In this document: one piece after another, positions 38,894 to 49,759 of the stretch | How positions within the stretch are numbered: position 1 is the first letter of the stretch | How the letters are laid out: each line of letters begins with the position of its first letter | IMG/VR virus record: IMGVR_UViG_3300040957_000063 | DNA: 64,000 bases | Direction: 5' to 3' (one strand) | Source of the DNA: an uncultured virus (IMG/VR IMGVR_UViG_3300040957_000063) | Taxonomy: Duplodnaviria; Heunggongvirae; Uroviricota; Caudoviricetes | Program-made: the position numbers and the translations under genes | The notes under the pieces: model-generated | What the model was told of the DNA's origin: nothing | What the model saw: only the letters and a program-made list of their open reading frames with translations | Databases searched by the model: none

Positions 38894-41800
38894 TGACACT
38901 AACTTGGGCAAGTGTTGGCGGCAATGCTCCACTTTTTTATATTCCTATAACTTTAACTAATAGCCAATCTCAAACTACAGCGGCAAATCTTCCAGTTAAA
39001 GTATCAATAAATTCGAATACAAATTCTGCCGATTATCAAGCCGCATTACTTAACGTGAATTGGCAAGATGGAGCGGGAAATATTCTTAAAAGTTGGCTTG
39101 AGAGTGGAGAAACTAACACTTCAACGGCAAGTGTTTATTGGGTTAATCTCGGAGCAAATACTATTACAGCAAGTGGTGGTACATTAATAATTTACCAAGT
39201 TATTTATGGTACAGTAGTTATAGCTATGGATGGAAGCAATACAGGGGCAGAACCTAACTATACAGGTACTTATGCCCAATATGACAACGGAACAAGCGTT
39301 TTTACTGAATACTGGAATTTCGCTGGTGCAAGTCTGCCCGCTGGATGGACAGATGCATATGGTGGTACAGCACCAGTAGTAAATAATGGTTTAACTATTA
39401 GTAATAATGAGGGTGGCTCAGTTTATAGAACCGCCGCAACTGCTTATAATTCTGCTGGCTATGTTTTTGAGACACAAATGAAAGATACTAATGCTGGTAA
39501 CCAAACTACAGGTGGATTTACAATTTGTAATGCACAAAATCCTCAAGGTGGAAATGGTGGTTCAAATGCATTAGTTCTATATTGTTGTAATGCCCCATCA
39601 TTCGTTTATGATGGTTGGGCGGCAGATGGTTCATCCTCATCATACAACATCTTTAGTGGTTCTACATTGTTTACTGCAACAATAAACGTATTTTGGATTG
39701 CAAGTATTGTTTGTGGAAACTCGACTACAAACAAAGTTAATTTGTACAAGGATTATGGTTCTGTAAAATCCTCATCAGGTTATATACATTCAACTATGTA
39801 TATTATTTTAGGATTAAAAGCTGGTTCTGGTGCAGACTCATACACTACACACCAATGGGTTTATCAATGGGTACGGTCAAGAATTGACCCACCGAATGAT
39901 ACAAATCCATCTGTAAGTGCTGGGTCAATTGTAAGTTTACCATCAGCTCATACAAATACTTATATTATTGATAGCAAACTAACAAAACGTTACACAAGCA
40001 CATATCTTATTGATAGCAAACTAACAAAACGTGTTCAAAATCCGTTTAACGTTGATGCTGACTTTAAAAAGTTCAAAGTGCAACTTCCTAATGTAATTGA
40101 TTCGAATTTCTATAATAAACCAACTATAGTAACTGGTGCCGAGTGGTTTGTTAACGGTAACTTTGAAACAGGAGACTTAACAGGATGGGGTTATGGCGGC
40201 GGTGAGGTTCAACCATCTGTCACAACTACAGACCCACATAGCGGAACTTATTGCTGTCAACTTTATGCATCTAATAATGACTCATTAAATCAAGGATTCT
40301 TCGACCCTAACGGAAACAACGTTATTGTAGTTTCAAATATAGAGTCATTTGGATTCTGGTATAGAAATCTGTCAACAGATGACGGCGTAAACGCACAGGT
40401 TCAATTAAATCTTACAGATGGAACCAATTCTTATTTCATAGCTGATAGCCTTAATGCTAATACTACATCGTGGGCATATTACGACATTCAAGCCCTTTTA
40501 GTTTTGAATGGTTACGCTTCAGGCACATATTGGGTTCAAAATATTAAAATTTCCAATAACACAGATGGAGATGTGTTTGTTGACGATTTCAGTTTACAAT
40601 ATCCGTTTGGAGATGCGGGAGTCGGTCTTGATGTTTGCCTTTGTAGCCCAATTGGTGGAGAAGAAGTAACAAACGGCGGCTTTGAGGATGGAAACTTTAC
40701 TGGATGGCAACCAAACGGCGGTGCAACAGTTGTAACTACAACCCCTCATTCTGGAACATATTGCTGTGACTTACTAAACGGTCAAAGCTATGGAGAAATC
40801 TATACCTCGATGAATGGTCAAGATAACTTATTCATACTTTGGAGTAGAGTACAAAGTTTTACTATGTGGTTTATGAATACTGACCCTCTAAGCGATGGGT
40901 TCCTTACTGTTTACACAAATTTGGGTGCATATAGCATAGAATTAGAAAATGCAACTTCATTATGGACAGAAATTGACATAATGGCACAAATGATTGCTCA
41001 AGGACCACCAGACCCGAATGAGGTAGTAACTTCTATTGAAGTATATATGAACGGAAGCGGAACAGGAACGCTTTTAGTTGACGACTTTAGTTTAATAGCA
41101 TCTCCTATCGGTCATTCTTTCTCACCTTACTCTATAGATACTACATTATTTAAATCTCCAAACTCACTATACCAAATTGATTCTGATTTTGGCAGAACTA
41201 TCTATCCATCTTACAATATGGATGTTATTCTTAGAAATCTTGTAACAACTGAAACAAGTACGAACCAAATCGATGTTCTGTTTAATCATCCTTATCGGTA
41301 TAGCATTGATTCTGACCTCAAAAAATTAAAAGTGGACGTAACTGACTTTATAGATGTTCTTTGCAAAAAACTTAAAATAACAAAAACAACGTTAGTAGAT
41401 ACTATATTTGCTCGTGCTAAACAATACTCTATAGATGCAAAATTACAAGCGGCTGTGCCAGTACAATATGCTATTGATACTGACTTCGAGGCACACGGAG
41501 TACAAGTACAATACATCATAGACACTCGATTTATTAAAACATACACATCTACATATTCAATTGATGCGGTAATATCTTTATCTAACTTCCCTGTAACTGA
41601 CTTAGTGGACTCATTATTTAAAGAGTTAAACATACAAGAGACAACAGGGGTGGATGTCATATTATTGAACAATACACCGCCTCTTCCCCCAATTTATGTA
41701 CAGCAAACTTTGAGATTTGTCAATCCAAACGGAGACTTATGGGTTTTCCCAACAGATTGGAAAGAAAACCAAGATTGCACCCCAGCTATAAGACAAGTTC

Positions 41801-44343
41801 CATTAGCAGAATCAGAATATCTCGATAAGGACACTTACGTTCTAAAGACAAGAGAAATAGATGTAACATTCAGACTTTCAGACAGCGAAAAAGAAATATT
41901 AGAAAATGTCTATAACTTTGCATCTACCGAAGGAGCAAATGATTTTACAGATATTTACCTCTACTTTAATAACCAAGATACAGACACAGGAGTTCATCCA
42001 AAGCCAGCACCGAGCGTACCAAAATACACATGGCACTATGTTGCTTGGCTCTCAAATAAAGATTACAAATATGAGTATGCATTCCAAGACGGACGATATG
42101 TTAGATGGTGGACTGTATCATTAACCATTAACGTTGAAAGTTTCTCAGGCTCTTCGGCTAATGAACCTGACTACTCGGAAACTCCATTCTCGATGGCTGT
42201 AGTGTTAGCTGGACACAAATTAATGCATATACTGGACTTCGAACGAAGCGACAAACATCCGCCTTTCCTTCCAGAGTGGGTTAACCAGCCAGCAGAGGTT
42301 GACAGTTACATTTGGAACGAATGCGTCTTAGATATGAGTTACACAGATAAAATGAGCAATGATGAAAAGTACCTAATGGATTTGGCTTTGTTAGGTCATC
42401 AAAAAGTAAACTTAGCAGATTATATCCATAATGTTCAAGGTTCCGTATGGATTTCTTCAATTAAAGCGACATTTGATGCTAAAAATTGGGCAAAACCGTG
42501 GAACGTAGAGATTGCTATTCAAGCAAACAACAACGAAGTTTCGTTTAATTCACAAGCGTCCGTAACACTTGATAGTGAAGGCATTGCAGACGGTGTTGAT
42601 ATAGGACCAGACCACGAAGGAACACTTTACATTGATGAAAATACATCTCCATTTACTCTTCCATCCAGCGGAAATACAATGCAATGCGGAGTACACGTAT
42701 TCTACTTCTTCCTTCCGAGCATAGCATCAGGATTTACAGCTTGGAGCGTAAGCGGAAATGCCGTAATAGTAGGCGAAGATACTTACGATGTTCAAACTTG
42801 GGATAGAGAAAGCAGAGTTTCCGTACTTATCTATGGAGCTTGCACAATCATCGCACAATACACAATGCCAGCTACAGAACAATGTGTAACTATCGCTTTA
42901 GACTCAGGGTTAAATGATTCAACAATAACAAACGTTGGATTGATAGCTATAGGCAATGTGTGGCAAGGAAGCGGAAGCAATTCGTTAACAAACGGTGGAT
43001 TTGAAACAGGCAGTATTAATCCGTGGGGACAAATCGGCGAAGCCCCAACAGAACAAGTGGTAAACGGCGGCTTTGAAGACGGTAACTTCACAGGATGGAC
43101 TAATACAGGCAACTTTATCTCAAGCAACCCAGCTACAGTACACTCAGGAAGCTATTCTCTTGGCATCTATGAACAACTTACTACACAAACATTCGGTGCT
43201 CCTATACCTGTTTCGTCTATAACTTCATTTAGCTTCTGGGCACAGGGCAATTCGTTCGTCAACGGCAGTTTTCTCGTTGTTACATATACAGATGCTACAT
43301 ATACTAATTTCCCAATCAACTTTACTAACGGCGGTGCGGTAACTTACTATCAATTCTTCCCGTTAAGCTCATTAACTGCTGGCAAATCAATCGCAAGCAT
43401 AGCATTCCGCGGCGGATTAGAAGGCGTAATTTATATTGATGATGTAGCATTAATCAGCACAGAAGGATGGGTACTTAACGGTCCACAAGCTCACAGCGGA
43501 AACTACTGCATAAAAAGAAGTAGCGTTGCCACAGCGGGAATCGAACAATCTTCACTTTCAATCAACGTAGATGACGTTATTGAGGCTTACTTCTGGGCTT
43601 GGACAGACCAAATAGCTTTAGGATTCGAACTAATAGTGAATATGGGTGGTGCTGGAACAATAGACTATACATTCTATGCTCCAAACCCTGAAACTTGGAC
43701 ACAATTTGATTTCCTACACTTGTTAGCACCTTATCTCGGAGAAGGAGCAGTTATCAACTCAGTTACAATCAATGCTCTCGGCTCTGGATGCATAATTGCA
43801 AACATCTATCTTGACGACATAGTTATCTCAATCGGCGGATTACCAGCCGACTTTAACGGCGAGCTATTCTTAGGACAACCATACAGTTTACAATGGATGA
43901 CAGACACATCTAACCCAACAGCAGTATTTGACCATTGGGAAGTAGTATGCGGAGACATCACAATAGCAAACCCAGCTTCAGTTTCTACAACATTCACAAT
44001 GAATAGCGGAACCTTAGCTTGGATACGGGCAATATATGTCGATACAGACCCAATACTTTACTTTACCTCACTCAACGAACAATACGGAACCTACAATAAC
44101 GGCGGAATCTACATTAACGAACAAATAACATCTTTGCCTCTTACTGCACACTATAGCGATGTACACGGCGTAAGTGGATTATTACAATTTGCGCCGCCGA
44201 ACGTTTGCCAAGACACTTTCGTTACATGGTGGACAGATAACCCATCGCAAATTACCTTTGGAAATCCAACTGACTACTTTACAACTTTCACAGCTACAGG
44301 AAGCGGAATAATAAGAGCAGTATTCAGAGGACCGAATTCATAA
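38893..44343 (+). CDS. giant tail/adhesin protein (DUF2341-like N-terminus, CBM-like NGxFExG repeats)
   Basis: YIPITLTNSQ..SWLES..VYWV; four NG(N/G)FE.G modules; Y.ID repeats; TAATG coupling suggests start at 38893. Confidence 0.75.
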   Translation: MTLTWASVGGNAPLFYIPITLTNSQSQTTAANLPVKVSINSNTNSADYQAALLNVNWQDGAGNILKSWLESGETNTSTASVYWVNLGANTITASGGTLIIYQVIYGTVVIAMDGSNTGAEPNYTGTYAQYDNGTSVFTEYWNFAGASLPAGWTDAYGGTAPVVNNGLTISNNEGGSVYRTAATAYNSAGYVFETQMKDTNAGNQTTGGFTICNAQNPQGGNGGSNALVLYCCNAPSFVYDGWAADGSSSSYNIFSGSTLFTATINVFWIASIVCGNSTTNKVNLYKDYGSVKSSSGYIHSTMYIILGLKAGSGADSYTTHQWVYQWVRSRIDPPNDTNPSVSAGSIVSLPSAHTNTYIIDSKLTKRYTSTYLIDSKLTKRVQNPFNVDADFKKFKVQLPNVIDSNFYNKPTIVTGAEWFVNGNFETGDLTGWGYGGGEVQPSVTTTDPHSGTYCCQLYASNNDSLNQGFFDPNGNNVIVVSNIESFGFWYRNLSTDDGVNAQVQLNLTDGTNSYFIADSLNANTTSWAYYDIQALLVLNGYASGTYWVQNIKISNNTDGDVFVDDFSLQYPFGDAGVGLDVCLCSPIGGEEVTNGGFEDGNFTGWQPNGGATVVTTTPHSGTYCCDLLNGQSYGEIYTSMNGQDNLFILWSRVQSFTMWFMNTDPLSDGFLTVYTNLGAYSIELENATSLWTEIDIMAQMIAQGPPDPNEVVTSIEVYMNGSGTGTLLVDDFSLIASPIGHSFSPYSIDTTLFKSPNSLYQIDSDFGRTIYPSYNMDVILRNLVTTETSTNQIDVLFNHPYRYSIDSDLKKLKVDVTDFIDVLCKKLKITKTTLVDTIFARAKQYSIDAKLQAAVPVQYAIDTDFEAHGVQVQYIIDTRFIKTYTSTYSIDAVISLSNFPVTDLVDSLFKELNIQETTGVDVILLNNTPPLPPIYVQQTLRFVNPNGDLWVFPTDWKENQDCTPAIRQVPLAESEYLDKDTYVLKTREIDVTFRLSDSEKEILENVYNFASTEGANDFTDIYLYFNNQDTDTGVHPKPAPSVPKYTWHYVAWLSNKDYKYEYAFQDGRYVRWWTVSLTINVESFSGSSANEPDYSETPFSMAVVLAGHKLMHILDFERSDKHPPFLPEWVNQPAEVDSYIWNECVLDMSYTDKMSNDEKYLMDLALLGHQKVNLADYIHNVQGSVWISSIKATFDAKNWAKPWNVEIAIQANNNEVSFNSQASVTLDSEGIADGVDIGPDHEGTLYIDENTSPFTLPSSGNTMQCGVHVFYFFLPSIASGFTAWSVSGNAVIVGEDTYDVQTWDRESRVSVLIYGACTIIAQYTMPATEQCVTIALDSGLNDSTITNVGLIAIGNVWQGSGSNSLTNGGFETGSINPWGQIGEAPTEQVVNGGFEDGNFTGWTNTGNFISSNPATVHSGSYSLGIYEQLTTQTFGAPIPVSSITSFSFWAQGNSFVNGSFLVVTYTDATYTNFPINFTNGGAVTYYQFFPLSSLTAGKSIASIAFRGGLEGVIYIDDVALISTEGWVLNGPQAHSGNYCIKRSSVATAGIEQSSLSINVDDVIEAYFWAWTDQIALGFELIVNMGGAGTIDYTFYAPNPETWTQFDFLHLLAPYLGEGAVINSVTINALGSGCIIANIYLDDIVISIGGLPADFNGELFLGQPYSLQWMTDTSNPTAVFDHWEVVCGDITIANPASVSTTFTMNSGTLAWIRAIYVDTDPILYFTSLNEQYGTYNNGGIYINEQITSLPLTAHYSDVHGVSGLLQFAPPNVCQDTFVTWWTDNPSQITFGNPTDYFTTFTATGSGIIRAVFRGPNS

Positions 44344-44903
44344 TGAGCATAACAATATTAATTTCCTGTTGCGATGAGGATGATATGGTAGAAGCGTGTA
44401 TGCAAGGCAACTATGACATTTTAGTGAAAAACCCTATAGTAATTGTTGATAAAAAGGGTGGAGACAAATTTATCCAGTTTGAACAGCAAGGAAACTACGA
44501 TATTCAATACTTTGAACAAGACACTTCCTTCTGGTTTGCTCGGCGATTCGGTTTAGAATTCGTTAAAACCGAGTACGTTCTTTGTCTCGATGTAGATACC
44601 GTATTGCCACCACATTATATAGAGAAAGCTATAGAAGCTCTTGAGTCAGACCCACGAGTGGCAGTTGTAGCTCTTAATTACTGTGTCCCAACCCAGCAAG
44701 ACCATGCGGCGTTTGGAACCAGCGTTTGGAGAACAGACGAGCTAAAAAACTACTATGATTGGCGGCTTGTTGAGAAGCCATATTTCCCGTGCGAATGCAA
44801 ATATATGTGGGGCAAAATAAAACAGAATGGATTGAAAGTTGAAGTTCTTCCTATGGAAGCTATTCACCTGAAAGATACCGAAAGATTTAAAAGGGAGAAA
44901 TAA
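44343..44903 (+). CDS. glycosyltransferase family 2-like
   Basis: ARRFGLEFVKTEYVLCLDVD DxD motif. Confidence 0.75.
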   Translation: MSITILISCCDEDDMVEACMQGNYDILVKNPIVIVDKKGGDKFIQFEQQGNYDIQYFEQDTSFWFARRFGLEFVKTEYVLCLDVDTVLPPHYIEKAIEALESDPRVAVVALNYCVPTQQDHAAFGTSVWRTDELKNYYDWRLVEKPYFPCECKYMWGKIKQNGLKVEVLPMEAIHLKDTERFKREK

Positions 44904-44926
44904 CATATAGTAATGGGGTAATTAGA

Positions 44927-45370
44927 ATGAGTTGCTTAACTGAATATTGTAATAGAGTAAAATCTTGCATAGAAGGAAACTATACAACGTGGACACAGAT
45001 AGGTTCTCCAATAAATATAGGTGCGACCCCAGCTAATTATCTTCTATTTTCAGGTACCACTTTAATGTACCAAATTTCGGGCAACATCTATGTTGTGGAC
45101 CTTACCAATTTTGGCATTACCAATTTTAGCGGTGTTTTGCATACAAACAGTAGTTTCAATAGTGCATTAAATGGCTACATTTTAATTCCAAAAACCAGCT
45201 TTGAAGTTGATGTTTATAAAAACGGAGCTTTTGATTTTGCAATCACAATTTCAGATGTTACTTACACGGATATTTGGTCATCCTGTATTAGTAGCGATGG
45301 ATTATATGTTTGCATAACAGCAGTTGACGGCTCAGGAAATCATTGGTTACTTGTTTATCAAGGAAGCTAA
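44927..45370 (+). CDS. beta-rich virion protein candidate
   Basis: Composition similar to tail proteins. Confidence 0.5.
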   Translation: MSCLTEYCNRVKSCIEGNYTTWTQIGSPINIGATPANYLLFSGTTLMYQISGNIYVVDLTNFGITNFSGVLHTNSSFNSALNGYILIPKTSFEVDVYKNGAFDFAITISDVTYTDIWSSCISSDGLYVCITAVDGSGNHWLLVYQGS

Positions 45371-45855
45371 ATCGTCACAGTCATTATTTTTGTGGCTTGG
45401 TCGTAATCAGCTTCAACGTCCATAGGACGTTTATTGAGAATACTTCTTTTTAGTTCTTCTAAGAAAACTTTTGGTCGGTCACATTTGATATTTTGACCTT
45501 TCACCGAGTACCATTTTTCATTATCTGTGGACCATTCGAATCGAGTGCGAGTAATGATTTCTGTTGTAAGCGGGATACTTACTTCTTGATGAGTTTCTTT
45601 TTTATTTACGCCGCGTGTTATAGTATCTATGCATTTGTTACAAATCGGTCTCATATCTTCTTGAAGAAAGTCTGGTTTGCCATTACAGAGAACACACTTT
45701 TGGTCTCCGACCCACTCATCAGGCGGCAATGGAAAAAGAGCCATTCTGAATCGCTTTATAGGCGTAAAAACAAGATTAGAAACTGTACCTAAATCAGCAC
45801 TTGCTATTCTGAGACTTACCTTCATATCTATCCACAAAAAGAATATTGCAATCAA
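45367..45855 (-). CDS. hypothetical protein with zinc finger
   Basis: CVLC..CNKC; true start may be internal (MALFP). Confidence 0.5.
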   Translation of the reverse strand: MIAIFFLWIDMKVSLRIASADLGTVSNLVFTPIKRFRMALFPLPPDEWVGDQKCVLCNGKPDFLQEDMRPICNKCIDTITRGVNKKETHQEVSIPLTTEIITRTRFEWSTDNEKWYSVKGQNIKCDRPKVFLEELKRSILNKRPMDVEADYDQATKIMTVTI

Positions 45856-45872
45856 GTATTTAAAGGTTGCGT

Positions 45873-46175
45873 TTATTTCTTAGGGATTGGTTTAGGATTT
45901 TGATGTTGCGCTTGTGTTACTGCTGGTGTCGTTGGAGAAGGATTTACTGGTATTGGGGGAAAATCGTAGATGTTTCCGAATTTATCTATGAAAAATTGGT
46001 CGCCTTTCTTACTTGCGGGCATTGCTATTAGACCAACATTCTTTGTTAAAAATCCAATTAGGGCGGTTTGAGTAGCCATATCGCGGCACATCATAACTGA
46101 TACTGCCATCCCTCTAATTGCATAATCATATACAGGTTGAGCCATATTCTCACCATTACCTAATATAGTAGTCAA
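45873..46175 (-). CDS. hypothetical protein
   Basis: TATA and GGTGA before MAQPV. Confidence 0.55.
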   Translation of the reverse strand: MTTILGNGENMAQPVYDYAIRGMAVSVMMCRDMATQTALIGFLTKNVGLIAMPASKKGDQFFIDKFGNIYDFPPIPVNPSPTTPAVTQAQHQNPKPIPKK

Positions 46176-46196
46176 CCAGCTATTTAAATCTTATGG

Positions 46197-46616
46197 CTAA
46201 GTGAAAATAGTAGGAATTTTGGTGAGGCTTTTAGGCAAATAAACCAAATCATAATCGTTAATTCTTATCTTGATTTCCGATTTGGGAATGTTACCGAACT
46301 TCACTTTCTTCTGAACTTCTGGTTTGCTAAGATGAAGGAATCCTACTTTTTCATAGAATTCAACTGCTGTAGCTAAAGACCAGACGATAATCGGTAACTT
46401 ATATTGTTCTGAAATTAGCTTTAACCCGTCAAATGCAAGCCGTCCGTATCCGCTCTCTTGCCAAGATATTTCTGTGCCAACACTTGCAATCATAATTTGA
46501 GTCTTTTCAAGCGTGAATTCGATTGTGGTTATATCTTCTACTCCATTTACCATAACTTTCACGGTTTCTTTTACCATATCGATAGCGACTGTTACATTGC
46601 TTGTTACTTTCTTCAT
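46197..46616 (-). CDS. GNAT acetyltransferase
   Basis: WQESGYGR motif A; AVEFYEKVGF motif B. Confidence 0.75.
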   Translation of the reverse strand: MKKVTSNVTVAIDMVKETVKVMVNGVEDITTIEFTLEKTQIMIASVGTEISWQESGYGRLAFDGLKLISEQYKLPIIVWSLATAVEFYEKVGFLHLSKPEVQKKVKFGNIPKSEIKIRINDYDLVYLPKSLTKIPTIFT

Positions 46617-46753
46617 TTTACATCCAGAGCAATATCCACACAGGAGTATATAAGCCTTACGTTTTTTCTGGTAATTTAATCAGGTGATTAAGTGAAAACA
46701 GACCTCAAACGTAACGTTTATATAGGTCGGATGCTATGTTAGTGTAGATAAAA

Positions 46754-49700
46754 ATGCTATACACAGTCTCAGCAACTTATGATTATTCGTTAGAATGCAT
46801 AGTTTTGAAGTTGTACAATGACGAAGCTGGAATGCTTGAGTCTTATTATGACTACCAATTCAAGCCCTTCTTTTACTCTAAAGAGAAGCAAAAGTTTGAG
46901 GGAATAATCAAACAGGAAGAGGTAGAATTGTATGATGCACTCAACGACCAGAAAGTTACCGTATGGAAAATTACCTGTAAAAACCAAGAGGTAATTTCTA
47001 AATTCAATAATAAATCTCCTGAAGTTGTAGCTTGGGAGAATCATATTAAGCCTTATATGCGCTATATCTACGATACTAACACTAAAATGGGGATGCCTTA
47101 TGTTCGAGAAAGTGGGGCACTCGTTTTTAATGGTAGTGCAGAGGCAGAGAAACGAGTTGAAGAACTAACTGACCTTGTTAACCCAGAATCATTCAACAAA
47201 ATTATCTGTGAGCAAATGGCTCGGCTTCTTGAGTATCCAGCACCAATATTTAAGCGAGTTTCCTTAGACATTGAAGTGTGGAGTGAAGGACAGAAGATGC
47301 CAAGTCCAGCCGCCGCTAATTTACCAGTAATTTGTGTTGGAATGATGAGCAATACTGGCGAAAAATACCTTTATGTATTAGTACAAGAAGACAAGCCGTT
47401 TTCGTGTCCTAAAGATGCCAATATTTTCTGGTTTTCGGACGAAGCTGAACTTTTAAGGGCAGTTTTCGCTAAAGGCAATGAGTTTCCGTTTATAGTTACA
47501 TTCAACGGCGATGACTTTGACCTTCCATATCTAATGAATCGAGCACTTAGATTAGGGGTGCCGATGAGTGAAATCCCAATAACTTTCAAAGAGAAAGAGA
47601 AGATTTCCATCTGGAATAATGCGGTCCATATAGACCTATACAAGTTTTTCTCTATCAAATCAATGCAGAACTATGCTTTTCAGCAGAAATACAAGAACAT
47701 TTCTCTTGATGAAATCTCATTGGCGTTAATAAAGAAGGGTAAACTCAAGGGCGACCACGAATGGGTTAATGATATGACCTATGAAGAGCTTCTAACTTAC
47801 TGTTTAAACGATGCTTTACTCACAATGGAACTAACAACTTACAGCGATAACGTAGTAATAAACTTGATTCTTGTCTTAGCCAGACTAAGCTATATGCCTA
47901 TGGAACAAGTCAGCCGAAAGCCTATTTCCCAATGGATTAGGAGCTTCATTTATTACGAGCACGTTAAAAAAAGTATGCTTATTCCGCGCTCTGAAGACAT
48001 TATAGCTATGAAGGGAACAACAACAACTACTGCACTAATCAAGGGTAAAAAGTATAAAGGCGCAATAGTAGTTAATCCTGTAGCTGGATTCCATTTCAAT
48101 GTTAAAGTTGGAGACTTTGCTTCTCTTTATCCATCAATTATTAAAAACTGGAATCTTGGGTATGCAACTGTAAATTGTAAATGTGGAGCTTTATGGAAAC
48201 AAATAATGTTATATACAACCGAAAGAGTTATATACCGTGAATTACATAAATGTTTACGGTGTAATAACCAATGCCAAGTAGAAGAAAAAATGAAACAAAT
48301 GTTGAATATAAACAAAGATGTAAAAAATATTCAGCAAAATGGAGATTTGAACACCCAGAAAAAGCCAAGTCTATTCAACGAGATTCCTATAAAAAGTCAA
48401 TGCTTGACCCAAAAAAACGAAAACGAAAACAACAAAGGGATAAAAAATTTCGTGATGCCAATCCAGAATATGGGAGAAAACGAGCAAGAGAATATGCCAG
48501 AAGAAATAGGGGAAAAATGCGAGATAGATATGAAAGATGGTCAAAATCTAAACGAATTACCTTCTTTAACGCCAGAGGAAACAAATGCGAGAGATGCGGC
48601 TTTAATGACGAACGAGCCTTTGAAATACATCATATCAATGGAAACAAAATACCAAGAGAGGAAAGAAATAATATTACAACACTTGTTACGGAAAATTGGG
48701 ACGAACTGCAATTGTTGTGTGCAAATTGTCACAGAATTGTTCACCGCTTATGAGTGTTATTCTCATAAAGTTGCCAATATGCAACATTGGATTTGCACAA
48801 AAAACAGGGCTGTAGAATCTCAATTGATTGGTGTCCTGAAGGATTTACGTGTCAAGAGCTACAAGAAGAAGGCAAAGGACAAGACTAATCCTCATAAAGC
48901 GTGGTACTCGGTATCAGAACAAGCCATTAAAGTCATTTGCAATGCTTCTTACGGAGTATTCGGAGATGACACATTTGTTCTATATTGTCCACCTATGCCT
49001 GAGTACGTTACAGGAATCGGACGATGGATTATTACTCAGACAATCAAACACGGTCAAGAATTAGGCTTAAACATTATCTACGGCGATACTGATTCTATCT
49101 TCATTAAGAATCCGCCCCAAGAAGTATTAGACGAGCTATTGGCTTGGGCAAAGAAGAATTTTGACATTGACTTCGAACTTGATAAAGAATATCGTTATGC
49201 ATGTCTCAGCGCACGAAAGAAGAATTACTTTGGTGTTCTTAAAGACGGCACAGTTGATGTGAAGGGCTTAACTGGAAAGAAAAAACACACACCAAAAATA
49301 ATTAAATATCCATTTGAAGAGACAAAGAAGTTGCTGGCTCAGGTTAATACCGAAGCTGATATTCTGGTTGCTAAGAAGGCTATATTGAAGCTGGTCAAAA
49401 GCACCTACCTAAAGATTAAGACACGAAACTTCGGGGATATGGAAAACTTAGCGTTCCACGTAACCGCTTCCAAAGATGTCGAGGATTATGACGGCGACCC
49501 ACAACACATTAAAGCGGCAAAGCTACTGAAGGCGGCTGGTCAAGACATCGGCGAGGGGTCAGACATTTCATTTGTTAAAACCAAAGATAAACTGAAGGTT
49601 AAACCAACTAAGTTGGCAAAACCAGACGATATTGACATCACGAAATACAACGAATTCTTAAAAAGCACATTCATACAGATTCTTGAGCCATTAGGTCTTG

Positions 49701-49759
49701 ATTGGGACCACGATATTCTCGGAATCTGTGTGATGGATAGATTCCTTACTTCTGAATAA
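46754..49759 (+). CDS. polB: family B DNA polymerase (crenarchaeal/thaumarchaeal type) with in-frame insert of about 190 aa
   Basis: DIE; FNGDDFD; DFASLYPSII; K...NASYG; YGDTDS; KKNY. Confidence 0.95.
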   Translation: MLYTVSATYDYSLECIVLKLYNDEAGMLESYYDYQFKPFFYSKEKQKFEGIIKQEEVELYDALNDQKVTVWKITCKNQEVISKFNNKSPEVVAWENHIKPYMRYIYDTNTKMGMPYVRESGALVFNGSAEAEKRVEELTDLVNPESFNKIICEQMARLLEYPAPIFKRVSLDIEVWSEGQKMPSPAAANLPVICVGMMSNTGEKYLYVLVQEDKPFSCPKDANIFWFSDEAELLRAVFAKGNEFPFIVTFNGDDFDLPYLMNRALRLGVPMSEIPITFKEKEKISIWNNAVHIDLYKFFSIKSMQNYAFQQKYKNISLDEISLALIKKGKLKGDHEWVNDMTYEELLTYCLNDALLTMELTTYSDNVVINLILVLARLSYMPMEQVSRKPISQWIRSFIYYEHVKKSMLIPRSEDIIAMKGTTTTTALIKGKKYKGAIVVNPVAGFHFNVKVGDFASLYPSIIKNWNLGYATVNCKCGALWKQIMLYTTERVIYRELHKCLRCNNQCQVEEKMKQMLNINKDVKNIQQNGDLNTQKKPSLFNEIPIKSQCLTQKNENENNKGIKNFVMPIQNMGENEQENMPEEIGEKCEIDMKDGQNLNELPSLTPEETNARDAALMTNEPLKYIISMETKYQERKEIILQHLLRKIGTNCNCCVQIVTELFTAYECYSHKVANMQHWICTKNRAVESQLIGVLKDLRVKSYKKKAKDKTNPHKAWYSVSEQAIKVICNASYGVFGDDTFVLYCPPMPEYVTGIGRWIITQTIKHGQELGLNIIYGDTDSIFIKNPPQEVLDELLAWAKKNFDIDFELDKEYRYACLSARKKNYFGVLKDGTVDVKGLTGKKKHTPKIIKYPFEETKKLLAQVNTEADILVAKKAILKLVKSTYLKIKTRNFGDMENLAFHVTASKDVEDYDGDPQHIKAAKLLKAAGQDIGEGSDISFVKTKDKLKVKPTKLAKPDDIDITKYNEFLKSTFIQILEPLGLDWDHDILGICVMDRFLTSE
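48271..48753 (+). CDS. HNH endonuclease nested out of frame inside polB
   Basis: GNKCERCG..FEIHHING..LQLLCANCH; own promoter at 48218-48235. Confidence 0.85.
   Translation: MPSRRKNETNVEYKQRCKKYSAKWRFEHPEKAKSIQRDSYKKSMLDPKKRKRKQQRDKKFRDANPEYGRKRAREYARRNRGKMRDRYERWSKSKRITFFNARGNKCERCGFNDERAFEIHHINGNKIPREERNNITTLVTENWDELQLLCANCHRIVHRL

Noticed and set aside
48179..48754. Intein or BHB intron in polB
   Set aside because: No terminal HN or intein blocks; nuclease is in another frame; trial BHB pairings failed at the central helix (not excluded without computation)
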